Source of the DNA: Arcobacteraceae bacterium
GTDB taxonomy: Bacteria > Campylobacterota > Campylobacteria > Campylobacterales > Arcobacteraceae
Assembly: GCA_963662945.1 (NCBI GenBank)
Contig: OY759974.1
Coordinates: 1,888,001-1,952,000 of the forward strand
Length of the DNA: 64,000 nt
Reading direction: 5' to 3'
Part shown: one piece after another, positions 39,188-49,699 of the stretch
How positions within the stretch are numbered: position 1 is the stretch's first letter
How the letters are laid out: each line of letters begins with the position of its first letter
Translations under genes and position numbers: made by a program
The notes under the pieces: model-generated
What the model saw: only the letters and a program-made list of their open reading frames with translations
Told to the model about the DNA's origin: nothing
Database searches by the model: none

Positions 39188-41434
39188 TTATGTAAGAGGT
39201 ATATTTATAATAAAGTTTGCTCCTTTGTATTTTTCATTATTATAAGTTACTGCAACATTACTTACAGTAATATTGCCTTTAAAACTTTCTTGAATAATCT
39301 TTTTACTCATATACAAACCAATACCTGTTCCATAATATTCATCTTTAGTTGTGAAATGAGCTTCAAAAACATCATGTAAAATATTTGGTTCTATTCCACC
39401 TGCATTATCTTTAATTTCTATGGTTAAGTTATTATTAGAAGTATAAGCATCTATAAATACAACTTTATTTGTATCTTGATTTTTTAATTGGTCTATGGCA
39501 TTATTAAAGATATTCATAAATACTTGAATTAGTTCATTATTGAATCCTTCTAGTTGAATTTTTGGTATATTTTTAATAATCTTTATATTTTTATTAATAA
39601 ATCTTGATGAAAGCAAAAAGATTGTTTTTTCAATAGACTCATCAATAAAAAATAAGTGTTTCTGTTTTGAGTCTTTGAAAAAATCTCTAAAATCAATTAC
39701 TGTATCATTAAGATGTTGAGTTGAAATAAGTGCTTGATTTAATGAGTTATCTAAAAACTTATCATCTAGAAGATTAAGACTTTTTTTGACTTGAATACTA
39801 CTAATAGTTGTTGAGATTACAGATAATGGTTGTCTCCATTGATGAGCAATATTTTCTAACATCTCACCCATCGCTACCATTTTTGATTGCTGTGCCAACA
39901 TTTCAGAGTTTTTCTTATTTTCAATTCTTAAATTTTCTTGTTCTGTAATATCTTGAATAGTTCCATTAATTGTGCTTAATTTATTGTCTTTGTCATATCT
40001 TCCAACTTCAAGTGTTGAAGACAGTATTAGTTCTACACCTTTTATGTGTGTGTGGAAGATAAAAGAAGTGATAGTTTTTTCTCCATTAATAATGCTAGCA
40101 ATGTTTGTCTGTACGAGTTTTTTATCTTCCTCATTAGTAATAGTTTCTAATAAGGTTTGTAAAGTATGAGGCATTGGAGTTTGTTCTAGATTTAAAATTG
40201 TTAAAAGTTTATTAGAACATGATAAGGAATTTTCTTTTACAAAATATTCGTAACTTCCTAATTTTGCGATAGTTTGTGCTTTATTGAGTTTTTTAACTTC
40301 ATCTTCCAATTGTTCTGTCAGTTGGCTATAGCTTTTTTCTAAAGCATAACCCATTTGGTAAATATCTTGTTCTAAAATATTTAATTCATTACTAAAACTA
40401 TTTGCTGATGGTTGTTTTTCATAGAGAATATTAAATTGATTATTTTTAATTTGATGTGTAATTTTTTGCATTGAAGTAATTTTATTTAAAATACCATTTA
40501 TTCTTTTTTGTAAAATAAAGTAGATAACAAATGCTATTAATAGTATGAGTAAAAAATGTTCTATTGTTTCATCTATAAATCTATTATTTAAATCAGATAA
40601 GTTATTTAAAACACATACATAAGTTAATAGTTTTCCATTAAAACCATTAATAGTAAATATATCTAAAGTATAAGTTATTTCATTTATTTTTATCAATTGT
40701 GTTTGTTTTGAAAAGTCTATTTTTTTTATTATATCTTGTGGGATTTGCATTGTTTGTTCACCAAGAACATAGTTTCCAATAATTTGTTTATCTTTTATAA
40801 AATCTTTGTAATATTTTTCCATTAAACTAGTCGTGGCTTCTTTTGAATAGAGTAAAAACACTTCATTATGGATAATATCTTTCATTGTTTGTGGGAGCCA
40901 ATCTATTTTTTTCCCCATAGAAAGTCCTCCTAGCATAGTTCCATTATTATCGACTATTGGATAAGTAGCACGAATACCAGCATAAGTTTTACACATCATT
41001 ACATGAGTACTATTTTTGAAAGAAGAGGTAACCCATTGTATATCTGTTCTTACATCAGAAGTATCTTGTCCTATACTTGCAAAATTAGAAAAATTTACAA
41101 AAGACTCAGCTGGTGGCTTAAAAAAATGTATTTCATGGACAAGTTTATCTTCTTGAACTTTTTTCCAAAAAGGATTGATATGTTGTTTGATAATTTCTGG
41201 ATTATTTTCTAGATATCCTTTTTTGATGAGTGTATCATTTGATAAAGCTAATGCTAATGTTTTAATAGTATCGCTTTGCATTTTCATTATATTATTAAAG
41301 ACCGTTTGATTTTTTGAATAAGATTCGTGTTTTGTTTCATTTACCTCTAAATAATAATGATATATTTCATAAAATGTAAAAAACAAAGTTATAAGAAGAA
41401 TAAAAAAAATTAAAAATTTATTTTTAAATGACAT
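39188..41434 (-). CDS. Membrane dCache sensor histidine kinase
   Basis: Two TMs, PAS-like segment, NIAHQWRQPL, DNAGGI, GTGIGL. Confidence 0.88.
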   Translation of the reverse strand: MSFKNKFLIFFILLITLFFTFYEIYHYYLEVNETKHESYSKNQTVFNNIMKMQSDTIKTLALALSNDTLIKKGYLENNPEIIKQHINPFWKKVQEDKLVHEIHFFKPPAESFVNFSNFASIGQDTSDVRTDIQWVTSSFKNSTHVMMCKTYAGIRATYPIVDNNGTMLGGLSMGKKIDWLPQTMKDIIHNEVFLLYSKEATTSLMEKYYKDFIKDKQIIGNYVLGEQTMQIPQDIIKKIDFSKQTQLIKINEITYTLDIFTINGFNGKLLTYVCVLNNLSDLNNRFIDETIEHFLLILLIAFVIYFILQKRINGILNKITSMQKITHQIKNNQFNILYEKQPSANSFSNELNILEQDIYQMGYALEKSYSQLTEQLEDEVKKLNKAQTIAKLGSYEYFVKENSLSCSNKLLTILNLEQTPMPHTLQTLLETITNEEDKKLVQTNIASIINGEKTITSFIFHTHIKGVELILSSTLEVGRYDKDNKLSTINGTIQDITEQENLRIENKKNSEMLAQQSKMVAMGEMLENIAHQWRQPLSVISTTISSIQVKKSLNLLDDKFLDNSLNQALISTQHLNDTVIDFRDFFKDSKQKHLFFIDESIEKTIFLLSSRFINKNIKIIKNIPKIQLEGFNNELIQVFMNIFNNAIDQLKNQDTNKVVFIDAYTSNNNLTIEIKDNAGGIEPNILHDVFEAHFTTKDEYYGTGIGLYMSKKIIQESFKGNITVSNVAVTYNNEKYKGANFIINIPLT

Positions 41435-41592
41435 GATAAATCCTTATAGAATTTTATAATAATAACTTATATAATGTTTAGATATGCTTTAATCTTTAGT
41501 CAAAGATATATAGTTCAAATTAAAAAATATTTTTTAGTTACTAAATTGTAAATTATTTGTTATAATAAATAGAAGAATACAAAGGAGATATT

Positions 41593-42453
41593 ATGGCAAA
41601 GATAGCAATAACTGGTGCAAGTGGATTTGTAGGTACAAATTTAAAAAATATATTTCACCAGAATGGTCATGATGTAATAGCTATAAAAAGAGAAGATTTA
41701 AAAGAGGTAGAAAAATTATCAAATCTTCTTGATGGTTGTGATGTAGTTGTCAACTTAGCGGGTGCAAATATTATTGGTCGTTGGAGTGAAGAGTATAAAA
41801 ATCTTTTGTATAGTAGTAGAATTGGAACAACGAGACATCTTTTTAAAGCTATAGAAAAAACAAAACATAAACCAAAACTTTTTATCTCTACGAGTGCTGT
41901 TGGTATTTATGACAATCAAGCTGTGTATGATGAAGAAAATTATCATTATGGTGAAGACTTTTTGGCAAATCTCTGTAAAGATTGGGAAAATGAAGCTTTA
42001 AAAGTTCAAAATCTTGGTGTTCGAACGGTTATCTTTAGATTTGGTATTGTATTGGGTGATGGTGGTGCATTAGCTAAAATGTTATTGCCTTTTAAATTAG
42101 GACTTGGTGGAACAATAGGAAATGGGAAACAAGCATTTTCATTTATCCATATTGAAGATTTAAAAAATGCTTTTGAATTTGCTCTTGAAAATGAGAGTTT
42201 AGAGGGTATTTATAATATGACAGCACCTACACCTACTACAAATTATGGTTTAACAAAAGCATTAGGCAATTCTCTTCATAGACCAACACTATTACCTGTA
42301 CCTACTTTTGTACTTGATTTGATTTTTAGTGAAGGTTCTAAAGTTTTAACAGATGGGCAAAGTGTTATTCCTAAAAGATTACAAGAGGCTGGATTTGAGT
42401 TTCAATTTAAAACTATAGAAGATGCTATTGAAAATTTAGTACATAATATGTAA
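41593..42453 (+). CDS. TIGR01777-family NAD-dependent epimerase/oxidoreductase (YfcH-like)
   Basis: ITGASGFVG, VVNLAGANI..RW, FLANLCKDWE, GGALAKML, GQSVIPKRL. Confidence 0.9.
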   Translation: MAKIAITGASGFVGTNLKNIFHQNGHDVIAIKREDLKEVEKLSNLLDGCDVVVNLAGANIIGRWSEEYKNLLYSSRIGTTRHLFKAIEKTKHKPKLFISTSAVGIYDNQAVYDEENYHYGEDFLANLCKDWENEALKVQNLGVRTVIFRFGIVLGDGGALAKMLLPFKLGLGGTIGNGKQAFSFIHIEDLKNAFEFALENESLEGIYNMTAPTPTTNYGLTKALGNSLHRPTLLPVPTFVLDLIFSEGSKVLTDGQSVIPKRLQEAGFEFQFKTIEDAIENLVHNM

Positions 42454-42455
42454 GT

Positions 42456-43352
42456 TTAAATCAATTTATAAAAAATGTAAGAGGTAGCAAAAGATAAAAT
42501 TGCTCCATATCCAATAATAGCAGAACTAAGTCTTGGAGCGAGTCCCGCAGCACTTGCCATTGCACCTGCTGTTATCATAGGAGCCATGGCGGCTTCTAAT
42601 ATAGAAACTTTACTTGCAAGATTATCCCAAGAAAAGATTGTACAAATTGTTATGGCAATAATAGGAGCAATTATAAGTTTCACAAGTAGAGCAATACTTA
42701 ATGGTTGAAGATCATTTTTTGGTAGTTTAAATTGTAGTTGTAAACCAACAGCAACTAATGCTACAGGGACAACAGTTGCTGACAAAGATGTTAAAAGAGA
42801 TTCAATAGCGGTATGAAATTGAGTACCAATAAAAAATAGTGCAAAACACAATGCTATAAATGGAGGGAAAGTGATCACTTTATATGATATCATCGAAATT
42901 GTAATTTTGCTTTTTGCACTATAATATGCCGCTATAAAAGTTCCATAAGTTGCCAATGCTAAAAAAATTCCCAATTGGTCATATACCATAATATAAGGTA
43001 AGGCATTAACCCCATAAAAAGCTTCAATAATAGGAATTCCAAAAAAAGAGCTATTTGTTAAAACAGCAACTAACATCAAAGCACCCGTTATCTCTTTTGA
43101 AAAGTTTAGTAATTTTGAAAGAAACAATATAATAACTGCAGAGCAGATGATTACAGACCAAGAGATAATAATAGGTATAAGAATATCAAAAGAGAGAGTA
43201 AGCTTTGGTATTTGTAATAAAATCATAGCTGGAAGAGAAATATATATTACAAATTTATTCAATAGAGCAGCTGATTCTTGTGGAAAAACATTAAACTTAT
43301 TAAAACAATAACCAATAAAAATAGTAAAAAATATGAGTATGAAATTTTCCAT
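42456..43352 (-). CDS. AEC-family (auxin efflux carrier-like) transporter
   Basis: About 10 TMs; LNKFVIYISLPA, NSSFFGIP, EAAMAPM. Confidence 0.85.
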   Translation of the reverse strand: MENFILIFFTIFIGYCFNKFNVFPQESAALLNKFVIYISLPAMILLQIPKLTLSFDILIPIIISWSVIICSAVIILFLSKLLNFSKEITGALMLVAVLTNSSFFGIPIIEAFYGVNALPYIMVYDQLGIFLALATYGTFIAAYYSAKSKITISMISYKVITFPPFIALCFALFFIGTQFHTAIESLLTSLSATVVPVALVAVGLQLQFKLPKNDLQPLSIALLVKLIIAPIIAITICTIFSWDNLASKVSILEAAMAPMITAGAMASAAGLAPRLSSAIIGYGAILSFATSYIFYKLI

Positions 43353-43418
43353 TGAAAAAAGGACCTTTTTATCTTTGATATTATATTTGAAGTTGTGAAA
43401 TGGTATTATATCATTATC

Positions 43419-45047
43419 ATGATAACAAAAGACTCAATAGAAAACTTAAAATCTCACCTTGATGTTGTTGACATTATATCTCAGTTTATTGAGCTAAAAA
43501 AAAGTGGAGCAAATTTTAAGGCGTGTTGTCCTTTCCATGGAGAAGATACACCATCTTTTGTAGTAAGTCCAACGAAACAAATTTATCATTGTTTTGGTTG
43601 TGGAGTAGGTGGAGATAGTATAAAGTTTGTGATGGAATATGAAAAGCTTTCATATCCAGAAGCTATAGAAAAGTTAGCTTCCATGACAAATGTATCATTA
43701 CAGTATGACAATGATGCAAAAAAAGTTGATTTATCTATTATTACAAAAGTAAATAATCATTATCAGAAACTTTTAGTATATCACCCAAATGCTATGGATT
43801 ATTTAAAAAGTAGGGGTGTTTCTTCCTCATCAATAGAAAAGTTTGAGATAGGCTATGCAAGTAGTTCTCAAGATACTATTAATTATCTCAAAACTAACTT
43901 CTTAAATTTAGCAGATGCAAAAGAATTTGGGATTATAGATAGTGGGCAAAATGGTTTATATGCGAGATTTATAGATAGAATAACATTCCCTATATATACA
44001 ATTAATGGAAATATTGTTGGATTTGGTGGACGAACTATCACTGGACACAATGCAAAATATGTAAACTCACCACAAACAAAATTTTTTAATAAATCAAGAT
44101 TATTATATGGATATAATATTGCAAAAGAGGCAATATATAAACAAAAAACAATTATTGTAACAGAAGGATATCTTGATGTTGTGATGCTTCATCAAGCTGG
44201 ATTTTCAAATACTGTAGCAACTCTTGGAACAGCATTGACACAAGAACATCTTCCTTTATTAAAAAGAGGTGAGCCTAAAATTATTGTCGCTTATGATGGA
44301 GATAATGCTGGATTAAATGCAGCATATAAAGCAAGTTTACTTTTAAGTCATAGTAATTTTAATGGTGGAGTTGTGATTTTTAAAGAGGGACAAGATCCTG
44401 CTGATATGGTTGTTGGAAATGCAATAGATGAACTAAATTCAATGTTTTCAAATCCACAACCTTTTATCCCTTTTGTAATAGATTACATAATAAAAAAATA
44501 TAATCTTGAAAATCCGCAAGAGAAGCAACAAGCATTACAAGAATCAAATGATTATTTAAAAACATTAAATCCTATTTTACAAGAAGAATATCAAAGTTTA
44601 GTCGCTAGAAAACTTAATGTAAATTCTCAACTTGTACAAGTACAACATTTTAATAATCAAAGAGTAACTCAAGTAAATCTAACTTCAATTAATATTTCAG
44701 AGTTAAGTATTATTAAGACAATATTAGATAATCCTTCCTTACTCAATGTAGTAAAAGCTGAATTAGAACCCGATATGTTTGAAACTCATGCAAATGAATA
44801 TAATATTTTATTACAAGATATTAATGACCCAAGTTTACATGGACTGATGCTGAATGAACATATTATTTCCTATACAAAAGAAGAGCTTGATAGTCAACTG
44901 AAAATATTACTTGTGCCATATTACAAGAAAAAATTACAACAATTAAAATTTGATGAAACAATTGATTTTAAAATTAAGGCTAGAAAAACTATAGAGTTCA
45001 AACATAAATTAATTGAATTAAATAGTAAAAAACTTATTGCAGTTTAA
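43419..45047 (+). CDS. dnaG: DNA primase
   Basis: CPFHGEDTPSF, YHCFGCG zinc finger, KYVNSP, TEGYLDV, AYDGDNAG, GQDPAD. Confidence 0.97.
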   Translation: MITKDSIENLKSHLDVVDIISQFIELKKSGANFKACCPFHGEDTPSFVVSPTKQIYHCFGCGVGGDSIKFVMEYEKLSYPEAIEKLASMTNVSLQYDNDAKKVDLSIITKVNNHYQKLLVYHPNAMDYLKSRGVSSSSIEKFEIGYASSSQDTINYLKTNFLNLADAKEFGIIDSGQNGLYARFIDRITFPIYTINGNIVGFGGRTITGHNAKYVNSPQTKFFNKSRLLYGYNIAKEAIYKQKTIIVTEGYLDVVMLHQAGFSNTVATLGTALTQEHLPLLKRGEPKIIVAYDGDNAGLNAAYKASLLLSHSNFNGGVVIFKEGQDPADMVVGNAIDELNSMFSNPQPFIPFVIDYIIKKYNLENPQEKQQALQESNDYLKTLNPILQEEYQSLVARKLNVNSQLVQVQHFNNQRVTQVNLTSINISELSIIKTILDNPSLLNVVKAELEPDMFETHANEYNILLQDINDPSLHGLMLNEHIISYTKEELDSQLKILLVPYYKKKLQQLKFDETIDFKIKARKTIEFKHKLIELNSKKLIAV

Positions 45048-45111
45048 AAGAATTATTAATAGGTTTTGTGTATAATTGCAAAAATTTATAACTATAAAGA
45101 AAAGGAAATTT

Positions 45112-45495
45112 ATGGAGTTATTACATTCAGATAATGCACCAGCAGCAATCGGACCATACTCACAAGCAGTTAGAGTTAATGGTTTATTATATACATCAGG
45201 TCAAATCGCATTAAAAGTTAATGGTGAAATGGTTGAAAATGATATTAAGAAACAAACAAGACAAATCTTTGCAAATCTTGGTGCAATCTTAGAAGATAAT
45301 CACACAAGTTTTGAAAATGTTGTAAAAATTAATATTTTTTTAACAGATATGAATGATTTTGGTGTTGTAAATGTAATTATGGCAGAAGTTTTTGGATTAC
45401 ATAAGCCTGCAAGAAGTACAATTGAAGTTGCTGGATTACCGAAAAATGCTATGATTGAGATGGATTTAATAGCAACTGTTGCTGATTATCATTAA
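45112..45495 (+). CDS. ridA: RidA-family reactive intermediate deaminase
   Basis: APAAIGPYSQAV, TSGQI, KPARST, LPKNAMIE; ATG at 45112 after AAGGA. Confidence 0.9.
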   Translation: MELLHSDNAPAAIGPYSQAVRVNGLLYTSGQIALKVNGEMVENDIKKQTRQIFANLGAILEDNHTSFENVVKINIFLTDMNDFGVVNVIMAEVFGLHKPARSTIEVAGLPKNAMIEMDLIATVADYH

Positions 45496-45568
45496 ATAAT
45501 TTCTCTTAAAGAAAGTTTAAAGTAATTTTCAGTATAATTCGCTTCATAAATTTTAAGAGGATAAGCTA

Positions 45569-45877
45569 ATGTACGCAATTATCAAAACAGGTGGAAAACA
45601 ATATAAAGTATCAGAAGGTGATATTTTAAATGTTGATTTATTAAGTAAAGCACCTAAAGAAACTGTAGAATTCACAGAAGTAATAGCTGTAAACGATGGT
45701 AAAGCATTAACAACTGGTGAAGCAGTAGCAAGTGCTAAAGTTACAGCTGAGGTTATCGTTGAAGGTAGAGACAAAAAAGTTGTTATCTACAAAAAACGAA
45801 GAAGAAAAGATAGTAAACTTAAAAGAGGTTTCAGAAGAAGCTTCACAAAAGTTAAGATTACTAAAATAGCAGCATAA
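45569..45877 (+). CDS. rplU: 50S ribosomal protein L21
   Basis: [26 protein letters not shown]. Confidence 0.98.
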   Translation: MYAIIKTGGKQYKVSEGDILNVDLLSKAPKETVEFTEVIAVNDGKALTTGEAVASAKVTAEVIVEGRDKKVVIYKKRRRKDSKLKRGFRRSFTKVKITKIAA

Positions 45878-45887
45878 GGAATATAAA

Positions 45888-46142
45888 ATGGCTCACAAGA
45901 AAGGTCAAGGTAGTACTAACAATAATAGAGACTCAGCTGGTAGAAGACTAGGAGTTAAAAAATTTGGTGGAGAATCAGTAGTAGCTGGTAATATCATTTT
46001 AAGACAAAGAGGTACAAAAGTACACGTAGGTGCTAATGTTGGAATTGGAAAAGATCATACAATCTATTCTTTAATAGACGGTGTTGTTAAATTCGAGCAA
46101 AAAGATAAAAAAAGAAAGAAAGTTTCTGTTTACGCTTCGTAA
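45888..46142 (+). CDS. rpmA: 50S ribosomal protein L27
   Basis: [31 protein letters not shown]. Confidence 0.98.
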   Translation: MAHKKGQGSTNNNRDSAGRRLGVKKFGGESVVAGNIILRQRGTKVHVGANVGIGKDHTIYSLIDGVVKFEQKDKKRKKVSVYAS

Positions 46143-46168
46143 TCAAACTTTTTTAATAACTTGAATTT

Positions 46169-46205
46169 AAAGGGTATTGAGGAATTTTCCTTGATACCCT
46201 TTTTT
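46169..46205 (+). terminator. Intrinsic terminator after rpmA
   Basis: AAAGGGTATTGAGGA / TCCTTGATACCCTTTTTT. Confidence 0.75.
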
Positions 46206-46215
46206 AATTAGATAC

Positions 46216-46280
46216 AGTGCTAAGTGCTAAGTGCTAAGTGTTAACATAATATTAACACTTAGCACTCAATACTTAACACT
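46216..46280. repeat. Heptamer tandem-repeat hairpin (AGTGCTA)n...(TAGCACT)n upstream of obg
   Basis: AGTGCTA x3 + AGTGTTAA, 7-nt loop CATAATA, then TTAACACT TAGCACT CAATACT TAACACT (29-nt arms). Confidence 0.85.
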
Positions 46281-46295
46281 ACTAGGAGAATAATT

Positions 46296-47396
46296 ATGTT
46301 TGTAGATAGTGCTAGTTTTTCAGTTAAATCTGGAAAAGGTGGAGCAGGATGTGTTTCATTTAGAAAAGAAAAATTTGTGGTTCAAGGTGGACCAGATGGT
46401 GGAGATGGTGGAAAAGGTGGAGATGTTTACTTTGAAGTAGACAACAATACTGATACACTTTCAAACTATAAAGGTTGTCATCATGTGAAGGCAGATAATG
46501 GACAACCAGGTATGGGGCGTAATTGTAGTGGAAAATCTGCAAAGCCTATAGTATTAAAAGTGCCACCTGGAACGCAAGTTATTGATGAAGAAACAGAAGA
46601 AGTTTTATTTGATTTAACAGAAGATAAACAAAAAGTATTGTTTCTTGAAGGTGGAAAAGGTGGTTTAGGAAATACACACTTTAAAAATTCAAGAAATCAA
46701 ACACCAACATATGCACAGCCAGGACTTATGGGTGAAAAAAGGCTTATAAGATTAGAGTTAAAACTTATAGCAGATGTTGGAGTTGTAGGTTATCCAAATG
46801 TTGGTAAATCAACATTAATATCAACAATCTCAAATGCAAAACCACAAGTGGCAAACTATGAGTTTACAACACTTACTCCAAAATTAGGTGTTGTTGAAGT
46901 TGGAGATTATAACTCTTTTGTTGCAGCAGATATTCCTGGTATTATTGAAGGTGCTGCCGAAGGAAGAGGACTTGGTATTGAGTTTTTAAAACATATTGAA
47001 AGAACAAAAACACTTCTTTATATGATTGATATGGCAAATTATAGAGAGATGTTGGATCAATATAAAGTTTTAAAAGAAGAAGTTGCTAAATTTTCACCTG
47101 AATTAGCAAGTAGAAAATTTGCAATTGCATTAACAAAAATAGATGCAATACCAGCTGAAGAGTTAAATGAAAAGGTTGATGGTTTTATAAAAGCAATTGG
47201 TCTAAGAACAACAAATGAGAATAGTTTTGCATTTGAAAAAGAAAAAAACTATTTTATTCAAGATTTAACATATAATAGATATGATGAAACTTTACCATAT
47301 TTTGTGTTGCCAATATCTTCTGCGACAAGACAAAATATAGAACCTCTTAAATTTGCATTATATGATTTAATAAGTAGGGATAAATGCGTAGAATAG
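46296..47396 (+). CDS. obg: GTPase Obg
   Basis: [38 protein letters not shown]. Confidence 0.97.
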   Translation: MFVDSASFSVKSGKGGAGCVSFRKEKFVVQGGPDGGDGGKGGDVYFEVDNNTDTLSNYKGCHHVKADNGQPGMGRNCSGKSAKPIVLKVPPGTQVIDEETEEVLFDLTEDKQKVLFLEGGKGGLGNTHFKNSRNQTPTYAQPGLMGEKRLIRLELKLIADVGVVGYPNVGKSTLISTISNAKPQVANYEFTTLTPKLGVVEVGDYNSFVAADIPGIIEGAAEGRGLGIEFLKHIERTKTLLYMIDMANYREMLDQYKVLKEEVAKFSPELASRKFAIALTKIDAIPAEELNEKVDGFIKAIGLRTTNENSFAFEKEKNYFIQDLTYNRYDETLPYFVLPISSATRQNIEPLKFALYDLISRDKCVE

Positions 47397-48142
47397 TATT
47401 AAAAGTTGGAAGTGCTGTTTTAACACAAGATGGTAAAATTGCACATAGACGATTAGATAATTTAGTTGAATTTATTGCTTCATTACAAAAAAAATATGAA
47501 GTTATACTTGTAAGTTCTGGTGCAGTTGCAGCTGGATATACACTCCTTAATCTTGATAAAAAAATTGTATCCAATAAACAAGCACTAGCTTCAATTGGAC
47601 AACCTTTATTGATGCATACATATAGAACAGAGTTTGCTAAATATGATATTATCTGTTCTCAAGTTTTAATTGAAGCAACAATATTTACAGATGAAAAAAG
47701 ATTACAGCATTCAAAAGATGCTATTAATAAATTATTGGAAAATAAAGTAATTCCAATCATTAATGAAAATGATGTAACTGCAATTGAAGAACTTGTATTT
47801 GGTGATAATGACCAATTAGCTGCTTATGTTACACATCATTTTGATTGTGAATTGTTAACAATTCTTACAGATATTGATGGTTTTTATGATAAAAACCCTC
47901 ATGAAAATAGCGATGCAAAATTACAAAAAATAGTACATTCAATTGATAGTGAATTATTACAACAAAAACATAGTGCAAATAGTGAGTTTGCTACAGGTGG
48001 AATTGTGACAAAACTAAAAGCAGCTGATTTTTTAATACAAAATAATAAAAAGATGTTTTTAACAAGTGGATTTGATTTACATTGTGCAAAAGAGTACCTT
48101 CTTGAAAATATTCACAACAATGGAACTTTATTTAAAGCATAA
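47384..48142 (+). CDS. proB: Glutamate 5-kinase (no PUA domain)
   Basis: [38 protein letters not shown]. Confidence 0.95.
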   Translation: MRRIVLKVGSAVLTQDGKIAHRRLDNLVEFIASLQKKYEVILVSSGAVAAGYTLLNLDKKIVSNKQALASIGQPLLMHTYRTEFAKYDIICSQVLIEATIFTDEKRLQHSKDAINKLLENKVIPIINENDVTAIEELVFGDNDQLAAYVTHHFDCELLTILTDIDGFYDKNPHENSDAKLQKIVHSIDSELLQQKHSANSEFATGGIVTKLKAADFLIQNNKKMFLTSGFDLHCAKEYLLENIHNNGTLFKA

Positions 48143-48159
48143 GAATAAAAGGGATAGCA

Positions 48160-49083
48160 ATGAACAAGCAACAACGAATAGTATTTATGGGAACACCAGA
48201 TTATGCTACAATAATTTTTCAAGAGTTGCTAAAAAACGATTATAATATAGTAGCACTTTTTACACAACCAGATAAGCCAGTTGGTAGAAAACAAGAATTA
48301 ACACCTCCTCATATTAAAAAGTTTTGTTTAGAAAATGGCTTGAGCTTACCAATATATCAGCCTAATTCATTAAAAGAGAAAAGTACTATTGATAATATCC
48401 GTGCGTTACAACCTGATATTATTATAGTAGCTGCTTTTGGTCAAATATTACCAAAAGATGTTTTAGATATTGCTCCTTGTATTAATCTTCATGCCTCACT
48501 TCTTCCTTTATATAGAGGTGCAAGTCCAATACAACAATGTTTACTTAATGATGATAAACTTACGGGCGTAACTGCTATGTATATGGATGTAGGACTTGAT
48601 AGTGGAGATATTTTAGGATATAAATATACTAAAATATCTAAAGATACTATAGTAGCTGAGCTTTTTGAAAGATTATCAACAATTGCTGCACAACTTACTA
48701 TTGAAATCTTAGAAAGATTTGAAAGTTTAAATCCAAAAAAACAAGATTTATCGTTAGTCTCTCATTGTAAAAAAGTAAATAAAAAAGATGGATTGATTCA
48801 GTTTAATGATGTCAATGTTGTATATAATAAATATAGAGCATATAAAACATGGCCAGATATATATTTAGAAAGTGGCTTAAAGATAATAAATTGTGAATTA
48901 ATGGAAGCTCATTCACAAAATACACCAGCACAAATAATAGCAATTGAAAAAACATATATTATAGTTGGGTGTGGAAAAGGAACAATAAAAATAATTGATG
49001 TTCAACCACAATCAAAAAAACAAATGAATGTTGTTGATTATATTAGAGGAGCGAGGTTAGAAGTTGGAGATTGTATATCTTAA
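48160..49083 (+). CDS. fmt: Methionyl-tRNA formyltransferase
   Basis: FMGTPDYA, TQPDKPVGR, NLHASLLPLYRGASPI. Confidence 0.96.
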   Translation: MNKQQRIVFMGTPDYATIIFQELLKNDYNIVALFTQPDKPVGRKQELTPPHIKKFCLENGLSLPIYQPNSLKEKSTIDNIRALQPDIIIVAAFGQILPKDVLDIAPCINLHASLLPLYRGASPIQQCLLNDDKLTGVTAMYMDVGLDSGDILGYKYTKISKDTIVAELFERLSTIAAQLTIEILERFESLNPKKQDLSLVSHCKKVNKKDGLIQFNDVNVVYNKYRAYKTWPDIYLESGLKIINCELMEAHSQNTPAQIIAIEKTYIIVGCGKGTIKIIDVQPQSKKQMNVVDYIRGARLEVGDCIS

Positions 49084-49699
49084 AAGCGTAGATTCCACAC
49101 ATAAATATTTACAAAAACATATTGCCACTGCTGGATATACCCATCCACTTATAGTCGTAACACAAAATCAAACAGATGGCATAGGAAGTAGAAACAATCA
49201 ATGGATTGGTTGTGAGGGTAATCTTTTTTTCTCTTTTGTTATTGATAAGAGTTATATCCCTGATGATTTACTAGTACAATCTTATTCTATATATTTTAGT
49301 TTTCTTTTAAAAGAGATTTTGGCTCAAAATGGTTCAAACATTTGGTTAAAATGGCCAAATGATTTTTATATTGATGAATCAAAAGTTGGTGGAGTTATTA
49401 CAAATCTTAAGGGTGATTTAATATATTGTGGTATTGGTTTAAATCTTCTTAATATAGAGGATTTATATAGTGCTCTGGATATAGAGATTGATGTAGAAAC
49501 ACTTTTAAAAGAGTATAGTAAATCAATTGAAGAAAAAAAATCTTGGAAGCAAATATTTAGTAAGTTTTCGATAGAATTTGAAAAAAGCAAAGTTTACAAA
49601 ACAACAATAAATGATAAAAAAGTCTCACTTAAGACAGCAGAATTAGACAGTGATGGCTCTATAATTATAGATAATAAAAAGGTATTTAGTTTAAGATGA
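49064..49699 (+). CDS. birA: Biotin--protein ligase
   Basis: VDST, QTDGIGSR..W, LKWPNDF, KVGGV, GIGLN. Confidence 0.92.
   Translation: MEIVYLKSVDSTHKYLQKHIATAGYTHPLIVVTQNQTDGIGSRNNQWIGCEGNLFFSFVIDKSYIPDDLLVQSYSIYFSFLLKEILAQNGSNIWLKWPNDFYIDESKVGGVITNLKGDLIYCGIGLNLLNIEDLYSALDIEIDVETLLKEYSKSIEEKKSWKQIFSKFSIEFEKSKVYKTTINDKKVSLKTAELDSDGSIIIDNKKVFSLR

Noticed and set aside
6215-43352. Accessory region after tRNA-Leu as an integrated genomic island or prophage
   Set aside because: No integrase, transposase or phage gene; I saw no duplicated tRNA 3' end; composition looks like the rest of the window.
46216-46280. Heptamer repeats as a CRISPR array or a true CIRCE
   Set aside because: There are no spacers or cas genes; the half-sites are in the opposite order to CIRCE and lack the N9 spacing.
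47384-48142. proB without proA as an osmolyte-related anomaly
   Set aside because: obg-proB-fmt adjacency is ordinary conserved synteny in this lineage.
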